Notes: generated from the sequence alone by a model not told the origin. A stretch of DNA of 60,637 nucleotides from an uncultured Dehalococcoidales bacterium (GCA_964514415.1 CAZEQL010000002.1:1-60637); one strand, 5' to 3'. Shown: positions 49,093 through 58,854, counted from the stretch's first letter. Numbers and translations: made by a program.

Positions 49093-50241
49093 ATGGTGTA
49101 CCAGGTAATAATAACCATCGGTTTGGCTATATTTGGGCTTAATCTTGTATTTAATTTGAGAGCTCTCAAGACGCCGCGCATAGATAGTAAGCTACCTGAT
49201 CCAGCTCCTCTTATCTCGGTTCTTATTCCTGCCAGAGACGAGGAAGCAAATATTGAGAACTGCTTGAAGTCTCTACAGAAACAGGACTACCCCAATCTGG
49301 AGATTTTAGTACTGGACGATAGCTCCTCAGATAACACAGCTAATCTTGTGGAGCGAATAGCAGCCACGGATGACCGTATTCAACTGGTCAGAGGCAAGCC
49401 TCTGCCCCTAGGCTGGGCCGGGAAGCCATTCGCCTGTTATCAACTTGCTGAGAAGGCCCATGGCTCCTGGTTATTGTTTGTTGATGCTGATACCACACAT
49501 GCTTCCCATATGCTACGCAGCATACTTTCCCTGGCGCTGGAGCGCAGGTGCTCTCTGCTCTCCGGATTTCCTCGCCAGCTTGCCGCTTCCTTCCCCGAGA
49601 AGGTAGCCATCCCCATACTGTACTTTATTATCCTGAGCTGGTTGCCACTATGGTGGCTTCAACAATGCAAAAACCCGAAACCATCGCTGGCTATAGGTCA
49701 GTTCCTCCTCTTTCCTAGGGAGGAATACTGGCGAATTGGGGGACACAGAGCTGTAAAGTCGAGAATACTGGAAGATGTCTGGATAGGGGTTGAAGTACAT
49801 CGGCATGGTGGCCGGCATGTAGCAGTTGACCTGTCGTCAGTGGTCTCATGTCATATGTACCACAGCTTGAGCGCGATGTGGGAGGGATTTATCAAGTGGA
49901 TTTACTCAGTGACAGCATTATCCGCAGTAGCACTGTTTGGATTGATGATAGCTGGCTATATTTTCTTTTTAGCCCCGTTCTACTGGCTTTGGAAGGCACT
50001 ATTTGTGGCAGCTTCTTCCACAGCTTGGCAGCTTCTGGTTACTCTCCAGGTAGTAATGATACTAGCTATGCGCCGAATGGCAGCCAAGCATTTCAAAGGG
50101 CCAATTGTTTCAGCTTTACTACATCCGCTCGGATTCTCATTCCTTTTTCTAGCCTGTCTCTATGCCGCTTCGCGCCGACTAGTTGGCGCTCGTGTGCACT
50201 GGAAAAAACGTCTGTATGGTGGCAAATCGGGGGTGGAGTAG
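49093..50241 (+). CDS. Family 2 glycosyltransferase, membrane-anchored
   Basis: VLIPARDEE...VLDDSSSDNT...FVDADT (DxD), with C-terminal TM helices. Confidence 0.75.
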   Translation: MVYQVIITIGLAIFGLNLVFNLRALKTPRIDSKLPDPAPLISVLIPARDEEANIENCLKSLQKQDYPNLEILVLDDSSSDNTANLVERIAATDDRIQLVRGKPLPLGWAGKPFACYQLAEKAHGSWLLFVDADTTHASHMLRSILSLALERRCSLLSGFPRQLAASFPEKVAIPILYFIILSWLPLWWLQQCKNPKPSLAIGQFLLFPREEYWRIGGHRAVKSRILEDVWIGVEVHRHGGRHVAVDLSSVVSCHMYHSLSAMWEGFIKWIYSVTALSAVALFGLMIAGYIFFLAPFYWLWKALFVAASSTAWQLLVTLQVVMILAMRRMAAKHFKGPIVSALLHPLGFSFLFLACLYAASRRLVGARVHWKKRLYGGKSGVE

Positions 50242-50368
50242 CCACAGCCACAAACCGCATCCAGCGAAACTCCGGGTTGTGCGAGCAGTAGACCTTGCAA
50301 TCTATAAATTAGATGCTAAAACTTGCTATACTTAACTGTTTCTTTAGTTTTTGTGAGGAGATGTGACT

Positions 50369-51439
50369 ATGGTAAAAGTAGCAATCGTGGGAGCCACGGG
50401 TATTGTTGGACAGCAATTTCTCGTAGCACTGAAAGACCATCCCTGGATTAAAATCGCAGCACTGGCTGCCTCCCAAAGGTCAGCCGGACGCAGCTATAAA
50501 GAGGCGATAACCGATGCCTCATCAGGAGCCCTGCACTGGTTCTGTGAGGAGCCCCCGGTAGAAGAGGTTATGGAAATGCCAGTCCAGAATGCCGCCGAAA
50601 TGGATATCTCCGCCATAGATATCATCTTTTCCGCCATAGAGTCCGACGCAGCGAAGATTCTGGAACCGAAATTTGCCGTGGACAAACCGGTTATAAGCAC
50701 CGCTTCGGCCTTTCGCTACAATGACGACGTGCCCATTCTAATCCCGGGCATAAACTCTGAGCACGCCAAATTAATCGGTGTCCAGAGAAAATCACGGGGA
50801 TGGAAGGGCTTCATCACCCCCATTCCCAACTGCACCACCGCGGGATTGGTAATATCACTAAAACCAATCTATGAAGCCTTTGGCCTGAATGCCGTCATAA
50901 TGACTTCGCTGCAAGCTATGTCAGGCGCAGGCCGAAGCCCCGGAGTGTTAGGGCTCGATATTCTGGACAACGTCATTCCTTACATTCCCGGAGAAGAGGA
51001 AAAGGCGCAGCGGGAAACACAGAAAATTCTGGGCATTTTTGCCGGCGCTTTGATCAGTCCAGCAAAATTCGACGTAAGCTGCACCTGTACTCGTGTTAAC
51101 GTACGAGAAGGACACACAGAATCGGTCTTCGTCTCTACCCAAAAAGCGTGCGCGCTAGAGGACGTGGCAAGGGCGATGAGAGAGTTCAGTGGTGAAACCG
51201 GGCTGCCGTCAGCACCTGAGCACATGATAATCGTGCGGGAAGACCCATTCAGACCCCAGCCGCGGCTTGATCGCGATGCTGAAGATGGCATGGCCACCGT
51301 GGTCGGCAGAATCAGAAAGGATACTGCTTTAGAAAACGGCATCAAATATGTCCTGGTATCCCACAACACCAAGATGGGAGCCGCCAAAGGAGCAGTTCTT
51401 GTCGCCGAACTCCTTATCAGGGATGGGTATATCTCTTAG
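50369..51439 (+). CDS. asd: Aspartate-semialdehyde dehydrogenase
   Basis: VAIVGATGIVGQ, the active-site NCTT and SGAG motifs. GAGGAG favours ATG 50369. Confidence 0.9.
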   Translation: MVKVAIVGATGIVGQQFLVALKDHPWIKIAALAASQRSAGRSYKEAITDASSGALHWFCEEPPVEEVMEMPVQNAAEMDISAIDIIFSAIESDAAKILEPKFAVDKPVISTASAFRYNDDVPILIPGINSEHAKLIGVQRKSRGWKGFITPIPNCTTAGLVISLKPIYEAFGLNAVIMTSLQAMSGAGRSPGVLGLDILDNVIPYIPGEEEKAQRETQKILGIFAGALISPAKFDVSCTCTRVNVREGHTESVFVSTQKACALEDVARAMREFSGETGLPSAPEHMIIVREDPFRPQPRLDRDAEDGMATVVGRIRKDTALENGIKYVLVSHNTKMGAAKGAVLVAELLIRDGYIS

Positions 51440-51443
51440 ATAT

Positions 51444-51488
51444 TGAGGCCGGAGGTTCAAATCCTCTCGCCCCAACTAATTTATTTAA
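51444..51488 (+). repeat. Direct repeat of the tRNA-Pro 3' end plus flank (att-like or tRNA pseudogene fragment)
   Basis: 41/45 identical (hand count) to 48142-48186, with a perfect 24-nt core CGGAGGTTCAAATCCTCTCGCCCC. It starts 5 nt after the asd stop. Confidence 0.85.
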
Positions 51489-51604
51489 CCCTAGCTGCTC
51501 GATATCCTCTGCCGAGAGCATCTATGCTGCCCTACCCAAAAGTCAAACAACGCGTCAAAAAGTGCGATCAAATATGCTTGACTACGCATATCTAGGTGCT
51601 GTTT

Positions 51605-51661
51605 AAAAATGTAGTTGCCTAATTTATTGGGCGCTTATGCCTGATATAGCAGGCAACTACA
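51605..51661. repeat. Hairpin element: TGTAGTTGCCT (51610-51620) pairs with AGGCAACTACA (51651-51661); the left arm plus flank recurs at 58844-58872
   Basis: AAAAATGTAGTTGCCTAATTTATTGGGC versus AAAAAGTGTAGTTGCCTGATTTATCAGGC, read directly. Confidence 0.6.
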
Positions 51662-51806
51662 AAATTCGGAGGTGATGTGCTTCCAAAATACCCAAAAATT
51701 GAACGGGAAATCAAAGTTAAACAGCCTCATTCACTTAAAGAGGTAAGGGGATAGAGATAAGAATCAGAGAGTTGCCTCTCAATGAGGGGCAGTCTAGACT
51801 TTAGTT

Positions 51807-52019
51807 ATGAAGTTGCCGGTAGTTCTTATGCCTGGAGAAGCTGAATACATTGTGGCTGAAGTGCCCATCCTTCCTGGTTGCATTTCCCAGGGCAAGACGG
51901 TGGAAGAGGCATTAGCCAACATCAAAGAAGCAGCAGTGCTATGCCTTGAGTGCATGGAAGAAGAAGGATAGAGACCAAGCGGCGAATACTCTATTGAGCA
52001 AATTGAAGTGGCTGCCTGA
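51807..52019 (+). pseudogene. hicB: HicB-family antitoxin interrupted by an in-frame TAG (51969-51971)
   Basis: MKLPVVLMPGEAEYIVAEVPILPGCISQGKTVEEALANIKEAAVLCLECMEEEG*RPSGEYSIEQIEVAA*. The UPF0150/HicB signature continues across the stop. Confidence 0.7.
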
Positions 52020-52234
52020 TGCCAAAGCTGCCGATAGTCTCTGGAGATAAATGCATAAAAGCTTTGGAAGGGCTTGGTTACTATGTGGCTCGGGCTAAAG
52101 GTGCCCATGTAAGGCTTAGATGCCCAGGGCGAAAGCCTGTTACTGTTCCCAGACATTGAGAGCTAGATCCTGGGACCGTGAGGGCCATCATTCGGGTAGT
52201 GGGGATTTCGGTAAAAGAATTCATTGCGTTGCTC
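52019..52234 (+). pseudogene. hicA: HicA-family toxin interrupted by an in-frame TGA (52157-52159) and lacking its normal stop
   Basis: MPKLPIVSGDKCIKALEGLGYYVARAKGAHVRLRCPGRKPVTVPRH*ELDPGTVRAIIRVVGISVKEFIALL.... The ATG overlaps the hicB stop (TGATG). The frame then runs on into the antiporter 3' end. Confidence 0.7.
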
Positions 52235-52282
52235 TTCTGCAAAGCAGAAGGCTTTGTCTTGAAGACCCTGGGTTTCGGCTTC

Positions 52283-53494
52283 TCATTCAACAAGTTCCAG
52301 TTTCTTGGCGAGGTATCCCGCAGTGCTCGCCTGGGCCAGTAACGTAAATAGAATAGCTACACATGTGGCATGCACGATGAAACTGGCATATTCCACATGT
52401 TGCGTTAGCAAAAGGCTAGCCAGCGCAGCCGGCATGACCCCAGTTTCCCGTGTCCAGGCGACAAATGCGGTCTCCTTCCACGACCAGTGTGGTTTCTTAA
52501 AGATTTTCAAGCAAATAACAGCCACCAAAGGTCTGATGGCAAAGACCAGCACAAGCGTAATTATGGCAGCACCATAAATATCCTGTGTTAAGCCGGCGAT
52601 ATCGATATGTGAGCCCAGTAGAATGAAGATAAACATTTTCATAATTTGAAAGATAGAATGAGAGAGCGTATGAGTTTCAACCAGATACTTGTGTTGAATG
52701 CTCAGTCTAAAATGTCTCATATTCCCTACCACTATCCCGGCAACGAAGACGGCGAGATACCCACTCTCGTTCATTTGATCTGCAAAATAGAACCCTCCAA
52801 GGACTGCAATGAGTATCGCCAGCGGAGTGAACTCATCTATCAGGTGCTCCCATCGTTTATTGATAAGGAGAGCAATAAGCAAGCCAACAAGCAGGCCAAG
52901 GATGATACTGCCAAGTATTTGCAGCCCAAGAAATTTCGCAATGCCGAGGGCATTCGAATTCACCTGGTTGATCTGCTGTAAGAGCAGAAAAACAAGCACG
53001 GCTCCAAAAGGATCATTAAAACCGGCCTCCCCTTCAATGAGAGTTTTCAACCGTGCCCGAATCTTTACTTTGTCAAAAATGGGGATCAGCGTGGCAGGAT
53101 CGGTGGGTGCGATGACAGCTCCAAGTAGCAAGCCATACAGAATGGGGCCAACTTCTATTAAAGCAAATGTACCTCCGATCGCAGCAGCGGTAAGTAAAAC
53201 CCCGACTGTAGCAAGGAGGAAAATGCTCACTCCTGTCTTTCTGAGTTCCTTTAAGTCAAGAGAAAGGCCCCCGTAAAAAAGAATGAATGCCGTTCCAAAG
53301 ACAACAACAAGTTGATTGGTCAGTGATTCCGGCTGGAGTACAATCCACCCCAAGCCACTTTTCCCAAGCAGTATCCCGCACAGAAGATATAGTACGACAT
53401 CAGGAAGACGGATGACCTTGGCTATTCTCCCGCTGATTATGCCAGCAACAAGCATAACCAGAACAAGGAGAAACTCTTGATGGACCGTCTCCAT
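52283..53494 (-). CDS. Cation:proton (Na+/H+) antiporter, CPA1-like
   Basis: About 11 TM helices, with the PTDPA and GEAGFNDP motifs typical of NhaP/CPA1. Confidence 0.85.
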   Translation of the reverse strand: METVHQEFLLVLVMLVAGIISGRIAKVIRLPDVVLYLLCGILLGKSGLGWIVLQPESLTNQLVVVFGTAFILFYGGLSLDLKELRKTGVSIFLLATVGVLLTAAAIGGTFALIEVGPILYGLLLGAVIAPTDPATLIPIFDKVKIRARLKTLIEGEAGFNDPFGAVLVFLLLQQINQVNSNALGIAKFLGLQILGSIILGLLVGLLIALLINKRWEHLIDEFTPLAILIAVLGGFYFADQMNESGYLAVFVAGIVVGNMRHFRLSIQHKYLVETHTLSHSIFQIMKMFIFILLGSHIDIAGLTQDIYGAAIITLVLVFAIRPLVAVICLKIFKKPHWSWKETAFVAWTRETGVMPAALASLLLTQHVEYASFIVHATCVAILFTLLAQASTAGYLAKKLELVE

Positions 53495-53988
53495 AATAGA
53501 ACCCTTCCTTTACTCCAAATGCGACTCGTATTTCGTGCTTCGCACTTTACATAGCACGCCTCATTATTCGTGACCCGTAGAAAACTCCAGTTTCAATTCC
53601 CTTTCAAAGATTAGTTCTTTTCGCACCGCTTGTTTTAGCTTTAACTTTGTTCTTCACCCATTGATAACATCAGTCGAATTTTGGCTATTCCCTTCGTATT
53701 CCAAAGCATTTTATACTTTGAGCGCCACACACGGCGAAATAAAGTTGAACCTGAACCGCAGATGGACTACTGCCAACCCCCATTTCCGGAATGTGCTTTG
53801 TGCATAGAACATACTAACGCACACTGTCACCTACAGCTAGCGTCCATCCAGACGAACCTTAGGATAGCTTAACCTCCTCCACCTTGTGGGACTCTACTAC
53901 TTGCTATAGTGGCTGTCAATGCTACCATACGTCTCGCATCCATCAGACGTATCATTGTATTGAGCGCCTAAGCTTTGCAATCACAAGG

Positions 53989-55098
53989 TCAGTAATCGTT
54001 CCCCAGAAGACGGACATTACCAATCCTTACCCTTTTTAGTCCTTGCGCCTTTGCTGCCTCCAGGCATTCCTCGGCGTGGCTCCTTGAGGTGGTAGGCAAG
54101 TCACGCATCATGAATTGGGGGTGAAAAGCTAGAAGGGAGTAAGGGATATCTGAATTAAGAGAAGAAATAAACCCAGCAATCTGGGAAACTTCTTGTTTAT
54201 CTACGTATCCCGGCACTAATAAGGTGCTGGCTATTAAAAAGGGAGGAGAGGGCCTCCTACGAGCATATTCGGCTAAAAGCTGGAAATTTTCCAGGGTTCT
54301 TCTATTGCTTACGCCACAAAGGGCAATGTGTAACCCTTCATCCCAGGCCTTTAGGTCGAACTTGATACAACCGCCAGAATCCGAGGCAATTTTGGCTGCC
54401 TGTCTTAATAGAGCAGGGTGCATAGAGCCATTAGTCTCCCAGCAAACGCGGAGAATCCTGCCCTTATTCCGTTGCCGCGCCAATCGCGCCACACGAATTG
54501 AATGAGGCAGTTGAGGCGTGGGGTCGCCACCAAAGTAACAAATGCATGAGGTTTGGTCATCAACAGCATCAATCAGCGTTGAGGCAGTAACCTTGCTTTC
54601 CTGTAATGCTTGGCTACGGAAGTGCCAATTCTGGCAAAATAAGCAATCGAACGAGCAAGCCTGGTAGAAAACAGCCAAGTTCTTGTAGCCATATTCTGGG
54701 CCATTGCGATAAGCAAATTGGGGATAGCCAGCTCCCGTGCCACCAGGACAAACCCAATCTGCCACGCAGTTGGTGGGCAAGGGATCGTAATACCAACTGA
54801 CGTTGGCTTTATCTGCCGTAACACCCTTGAGCTTGCCTCCTTCACTGTAGCGCAAGCCACAATAGCTTCTACCTCCTGGTGGCAAACGACATTCATTGAC
54901 ACAAATATGGCATTGTGGCCCCGTTTCGCTTTTAGGGGGATGAACGGGAAGGTTAAATAGCCTTCTAGCTTTAGTATGAGCTTCTTCTATCCTGGGCAAA
55001 ATTGCAGCAAAGTCCTGCCGAATACAATCGAGACATACCCCCAATGCCTGGGAAATAACACGAGATTCCTTACCACAATGCTGGCATTTAGCAAGCAA
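53989..55098 (-). CDS. Radical SAM protein (PflA / AmmeMemoRadiSam-like activase)
   Basis: CSFDCLFCQNW cluster motif and an N-terminal Cys-rich region. Confidence 0.7.
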   Translation of the reverse strand: MLAKCQHCGKESRVISQALGVCLDCIRQDFAAILPRIEEAHTKARRLFNLPVHPPKSETGPQCHICVNECRLPPGGRSYCGLRYSEGGKLKGVTADKANVSWYYDPLPTNCVADWVCPGGTGAGYPQFAYRNGPEYGYKNLAVFYQACSFDCLFCQNWHFRSQALQESKVTASTLIDAVDDQTSCICYFGGDPTPQLPHSIRVARLARQRNKGRILRVCWETNGSMHPALLRQAAKIASDSGGCIKFDLKAWDEGLHIALCGVSNRRTLENFQLLAEYARRRPSPPFLIASTLLVPGYVDKQEVSQIAGFISSLNSDIPYSLLAFHPQFMMRDLPTTSRSHAEECLEAAKAQGLKRVRIGNVRLLGNDY

Positions 55099-55104
55099 GA
55101 CAAA

Positions 55105-56055
55105 CTACCTTCGCCCCAATATAGAACCAATAAAGTCTGTTTTCCCTCGAACAAAATCTTCCATCGACATCTCCCGCTTTCCCTCCACCTGAACTCGACA
55201 AAGCCCCAAAATTCCCTCCCCAGTCATCACTCCTACTGTGGTTGGGGCTGACCGGGGCAAAGCTACCACCTTCCCGACTTTACTATTTTCTGCTCCATTA
55301 AGGGGAATAGCTTCATGAATTTTGAGCCGTTTACCCTGCCACCAAGTGTAGCAACCTGGCCAGGGATTGTAAGCCTTTACCCAACGCCAGAGCTTTACTG
55401 CCGAGAGATGCCAATCCACCTCGCCATCTCTTTTGGTTATCAACTTACTATAAGTAGCCCGAGCCTCGTCCTGGGGTTGTGGTTCTATCCTGCCATCAAT
55501 CCATAGAGGCAGGATTCCCGTCAAAAGTTGAGCTCCTATTTCTGCCAATTTAGCGGTGAGCGCTCCAGCGGTATCATTAGGAGAGATAGCCACTCTTCGT
55601 TGAACTAAAATAGGCCCGCTGTCAAGGAGAGCATTTATTAACATGATAGTGACGCCAGTAAATTCGTCCCCTAAAAGAAGAGTATTAACCACTGGAGAGG
55701 GCCCTCGCTGCCTGGGCAATAATGAAGGGTGAACATTAAGGCAACCGAACTTTGGTAAAGATAAGACCTCTGGAGGGAGAATATAACTAAAAGCCGCCAC
55801 TACGATTAGCTCTGGATTAAAGCTGGCCAATTCCCCCACCGCTTCCGCCGATTTAAGGGTCTTTGGTTGAATGACCGGGATGTTATGTTCTACAGCCAGC
55901 GTTTTTACCGGAGACCAAACAATTTGCTGACTCCTGCCAACTGGTTTATCAGGCCGAGTATACACAGCAACCACGTGATATAGACTGTGAAGTAAGGACA
56001 CCAATGTAGGTACAGCAAACTGAGGAGTTCCCATAAAAACAATGCGCAGTTTCAC
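55105..56055 (-). CDS. fmt: Methionyl-tRNA formyltransferase
   Basis: IVFMGTPQFAVPTL and HPSLLPRQRG motifs. Confidence 0.9.
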   Translation of the reverse strand: MKLRIVFMGTPQFAVPTLVSLLHSLYHVVAVYTRPDKPVGRSQQIVWSPVKTLAVEHNIPVIQPKTLKSAEAVGELASFNPELIVVAAFSYILPPEVLSLPKFGCLNVHPSLLPRQRGPSPVVNTLLLGDEFTGVTIMLINALLDSGPILVQRRVAISPNDTAGALTAKLAEIGAQLLTGILPLWIDGRIEPQPQDEARATYSKLITKRDGEVDWHLSAVKLWRWVKAYNPWPGCYTWWQGKRLKIHEAIPLNGAENSKVGKVVALPRSAPTTVGVMTGEGILGLCRVQVEGKREMSMEDFVRGKTDFIGSILGRR

Positions 56056-56218
56056 ATTAACTATTTTCGATAATTTCTTTCATTATGTCAAAGCTTGCCT
56101 AGAAGAGGTTCAAGATAACTTGATAGTATACCAAACAGTACCTCTGAAATTCTTGACCTCCTTGTAGTGCCCTTTTCTGCTGTCTTTGGGGTTAACCAAT
56201 ACAATCTAATTTGCGGGG

Positions 56219-57562
56219 GTGAAATTGGAATCGGCAAAAGAGATTTGGAAAAGAGCCTTAGGCGAACTCCAGATCCAGGTCAGCAAGGCAAATTATGTTA
56301 CTTGGCTTAGCAATAGCCGCGGCATAAGCTACCACGATAATATCCTTGTAGTTAGTGTTCCCAACACTTTTGTGGCTGAATGGCTGTCCAATCGCCTTCA
56401 TTCTCTAGTAAAAAAAACTTTAGCCAACATCATAGAGGGAGATGTTGCCGTCCAATTTGTCGTTCACAACCAAGACCAATTGCAAGCTAGTCCTCTGGTC
56501 TACGCCCATCAAACTGATGGAGGAACGAGCAGCAAAGCTACACGGAATAAATTTAATCCAAAGTATACCCTTGATAGCTTTGTTGTTGGTGGCTGTAATC
56601 GTTTAGCTTATGCTGCCGCTGTAGAAGTAACTGAAAACCAAGGACACACTTATAATCCCCTTTTCATTCACAGCAGCGTTGGCCAAGGTAAGACTCATCT
56701 GCTACATGCCATCGGGCATGTAGCAGAAAGCAATGGACTTCGGGTGGTCTATACTAATGGGGAACAATTTACCAATGCCTTTATCCTGGCTGTGAGGCAA
56801 AAGCAAGTTGAAGATTTCCGAAACAAATTTAAGTCTCTTCAGATGCTCCTGTTTGACGATATGCGCTTCATAAGTGATAAAAAGCAAACTCAACAATGTT
56901 TCCTCCATATCTTCAGTGAACTATATAACAATAATTGCCAAATTGTCCTTGCCGCTGACCATTCTCCCAAAGATATGCCTCTGCTTAGCAACAAATTAAG
57001 ATCACTCCTCGAATGTGGCCTTACTGTATCCATTGAGCCACCCGCTTTTAAAACACGCCTGGCTATTTTACGAGCCAAAGCAAGGGGATCGATGCCGCCA
57101 ATCCCAGATGATTCATCACAGCTCTTAGCGAAAAAAGTACACCAAAATGTCCGTCAGCTTGAAGGTGCTTTGACCTATCTATCAGCTCAAGCTAAGCTGA
57201 GTGGAACCAACATCTCCCCACAAATGGTTAATAACCTGTTAACAAACATCGGCGGTAAGGAAAATAAAAAGCCAATAATACACATAGTGGCTGATTATTT
57301 TAACCTCTCTCCTGAAGAATTAATTGGCAAACAGAGAACCAAAAATTTAGTAGTAGCGCGCCAAATCACCATGTATCTTATGCGAGAAAAAACCCACCGC
57401 TCTTTCGCTGAGATTGCTAAAGAGTTGGGTAATAGAAATCACGCAACAATACTTCACGGCTATAAAAAAATATCTAATGAAATAAATATCAACGCACAAC
57501 TACGCCACCAGATTCTGGAAATCAAAAGAAAACTTAATCCAGATGAATCTTCCGCAGAATAG
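56219..57562 (+). CDS. dnaA: Chromosomal replication initiator protein DnaA
   Basis: Walker A GQGKTHLLHA, box VII, and the domain IV HTH VVARQITMYLMRE...SFAEIAKELGNRNHATILHGYKKI. Confidence 0.95.
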   Translation: MKLESAKEIWKRALGELQIQVSKANYVTWLSNSRGISYHDNILVVSVPNTFVAEWLSNRLHSLVKKTLANIIEGDVAVQFVVHNQDQLQASPLVYAHQTDGGTSSKATRNKFNPKYTLDSFVVGGCNRLAYAAAVEVTENQGHTYNPLFIHSSVGQGKTHLLHAIGHVAESNGLRVVYTNGEQFTNAFILAVRQKQVEDFRNKFKSLQMLLFDDMRFISDKKQTQQCFLHIFSELYNNNCQIVLAADHSPKDMPLLSNKLRSLLECGLTVSIEPPAFKTRLAILRAKARGSMPPIPDDSSQLLAKKVHQNVRQLEGALTYLSAQAKLSGTNISPQMVNNLLTNIGGKENKKPIIHIVADYFNLSPEELIGKQRTKNLVVARQITMYLMREKTHRSFAEIAKELGNRNHATILHGYKKISNEININAQLRHQILEIKRKLNPDESSAE

Positions 57563-57795
57563 GATAAAAACTTGTAGGAAAATAATGTTACTTTATAAAC
57601 AAAATGTTAATAACCTCGCTTAAGTGATAACTTTAATACTAATAATCACCATACCTATTTTAAGTGCTCCATCTCCCTTTATTAACTCCTATTATGACTA
57701 TGATTATTAAAGTAATATATCTATTAAATAAAGTTTATTAGATATATTATAATAATCCTTAATAGATATAATTATATAGCTAAATTTATTTTTAA
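57563..57795. other. Candidate oriC / DNA-unwinding region: extremely AT-rich spacer between dnaA and obg
   Basis: It is visibly far more AT-rich than any other intergenic stretch in the window. It contains a near-palindrome ATATATCTATTAAATAAAGTTTATTAGATATAT and only degenerate DnaA-box-like words (TTATCCTAT, TTATCACTT on the reverse strand). Confidence 0.45.
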
Positions 57796-58854
57796 ATGAT
57801 TGATAAATTGGAATTTATAGCTCGTGGGGGTGGTGGTGGAGATGGCTTAGTTAGTTTTCGTCGGGAGAAGTATATTCCTTTTGGTGGACCCAATGGTGGG
57901 GATGGTGGGGATGGTGGGAACGTGGTTATTATGTCTGGCCCTAATGTGGATGATTTAGGGTTGGTGAAGCAAAGGAAGAAATTTGTAGCCGAGAATGGCA
58001 ATCAGGGCGGTAGCTGGCGGAAGCATGGTAAGAAGGGAGAGGATTTAACCATTTTAGTGCCTGTGGGAACTATGGTTTTTGTTACAACTGAAGCGGGAAA
58101 TGAGGTGCTTATAGCTGATTTGACTGCGGCGAAGCAAAAAGTTTTGGTGGTGAAGGGTGGTCGTGGCGGATTAGGTAATGTTCACTTTGCTACAGCGATA
58201 AATCAGGCCCCGGAGATAGCTAGCAAAGGAGAATCAGGCGAAAAGCAGCATATTCTCCTTGAGTTAAAACTTATCACTGATATGTGTATTATTGGCTATC
58301 CAAACTCGGGTAAGTCCAGCTTATTATCTGCTATATCAGGGGCTAGCCCTCAAATAGCTAGTTATCCATTCACTACACGTCAGCCGCTTTTGGGGGTTAT
58401 TCAGAGTAGCAAGCGAGATTTTATTATTGCTGAAATACCCGGGCTTGTTGAAGGTGCTCATGCTGGGAAGGGTATGGGGAATGAGTTTTTACGCCATATA
58501 GAAAGAGCTAAGTTGCTGATTTATTTATTAGATGGCACTTCGCCAACGGCTGTCGATGACCTAAGTAAATTAAACGAAGAGCTAGCTCTATATAAGAGTG
58601 ATTTGCTGCGGAAGTCTAAAATTGTGGTGGTAAATAAGGTAGACTTGCCGCAGGTTCAAGATCGCTTGCCTGATATCAAGCAAGCTCTTAGTAAGCTCGA
58701 AGTGCCCATTTTTTATATTTCAGCGGTTAGTGGCCAGGGTGTAATGGAATTGGCTTGTAAAGCTATGGAAATGGTTGGGCGAGCGAGCCAGGATAAGGGA
58801 ACAGTATTACCACCTCAAATAGCGGTATTCCGTCCCAGGCCTAAAAAAGTGTAG
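57796..58854 (+). CDS. obgE: GTPase Obg/CgtA
   Basis: N-terminal Gly-rich Obg fold (GGGGGDGLVSFRREK...GGDGGDGG) and G domain GYPNSGKSS. Confidence 0.9.
   Translation: MIDKLEFIARGGGGGDGLVSFRREKYIPFGGPNGGDGGDGGNVVIMSGPNVDDLGLVKQRKKFVAENGNQGGSWRKHGKKGEDLTILVPVGTMVFVTTEAGNEVLIADLTAAKQKVLVVKGGRGGLGNVHFATAINQAPEIASKGESGEKQHILLELKLITDMCIIGYPNSGKSSLLSAISGASPQIASYPFTTRQPLLGVIQSSKRDFIIAEIPGLVEGAHAGKGMGNEFLRHIERAKLLIYLLDGTSPTAVDDLSKLNEELALYKSDLLRKSKIVVVNKVDLPQVQDRLPDIKQALSKLEVPIFYISAVSGQGVMELACKAMEMVGRASQDKGTVLPPQIAVFRPRPKKV

Noticed and set aside
49848-50291. A 147-aa plus-strand ORF overlapping the 3' part of the glycosyltransferase gene in another frame.
   Set aside because: It lies within a gene that has clear GT2 motifs and TM helices. 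It is Ser-rich and low-complexity and has no independent signals.
51969-52159. The in-frame TAG and TGA in hicB/hicA as evidence of stop-codon reassignment or programmed readthrough.
   Set aside because: Both codons terminate well-supported genes elsewhere in the window at the expected protein ends: TAG for asd and obg, TGA for hsdR, nadD and the DUF262 gene. Pseudogenisation is the simpler reading.
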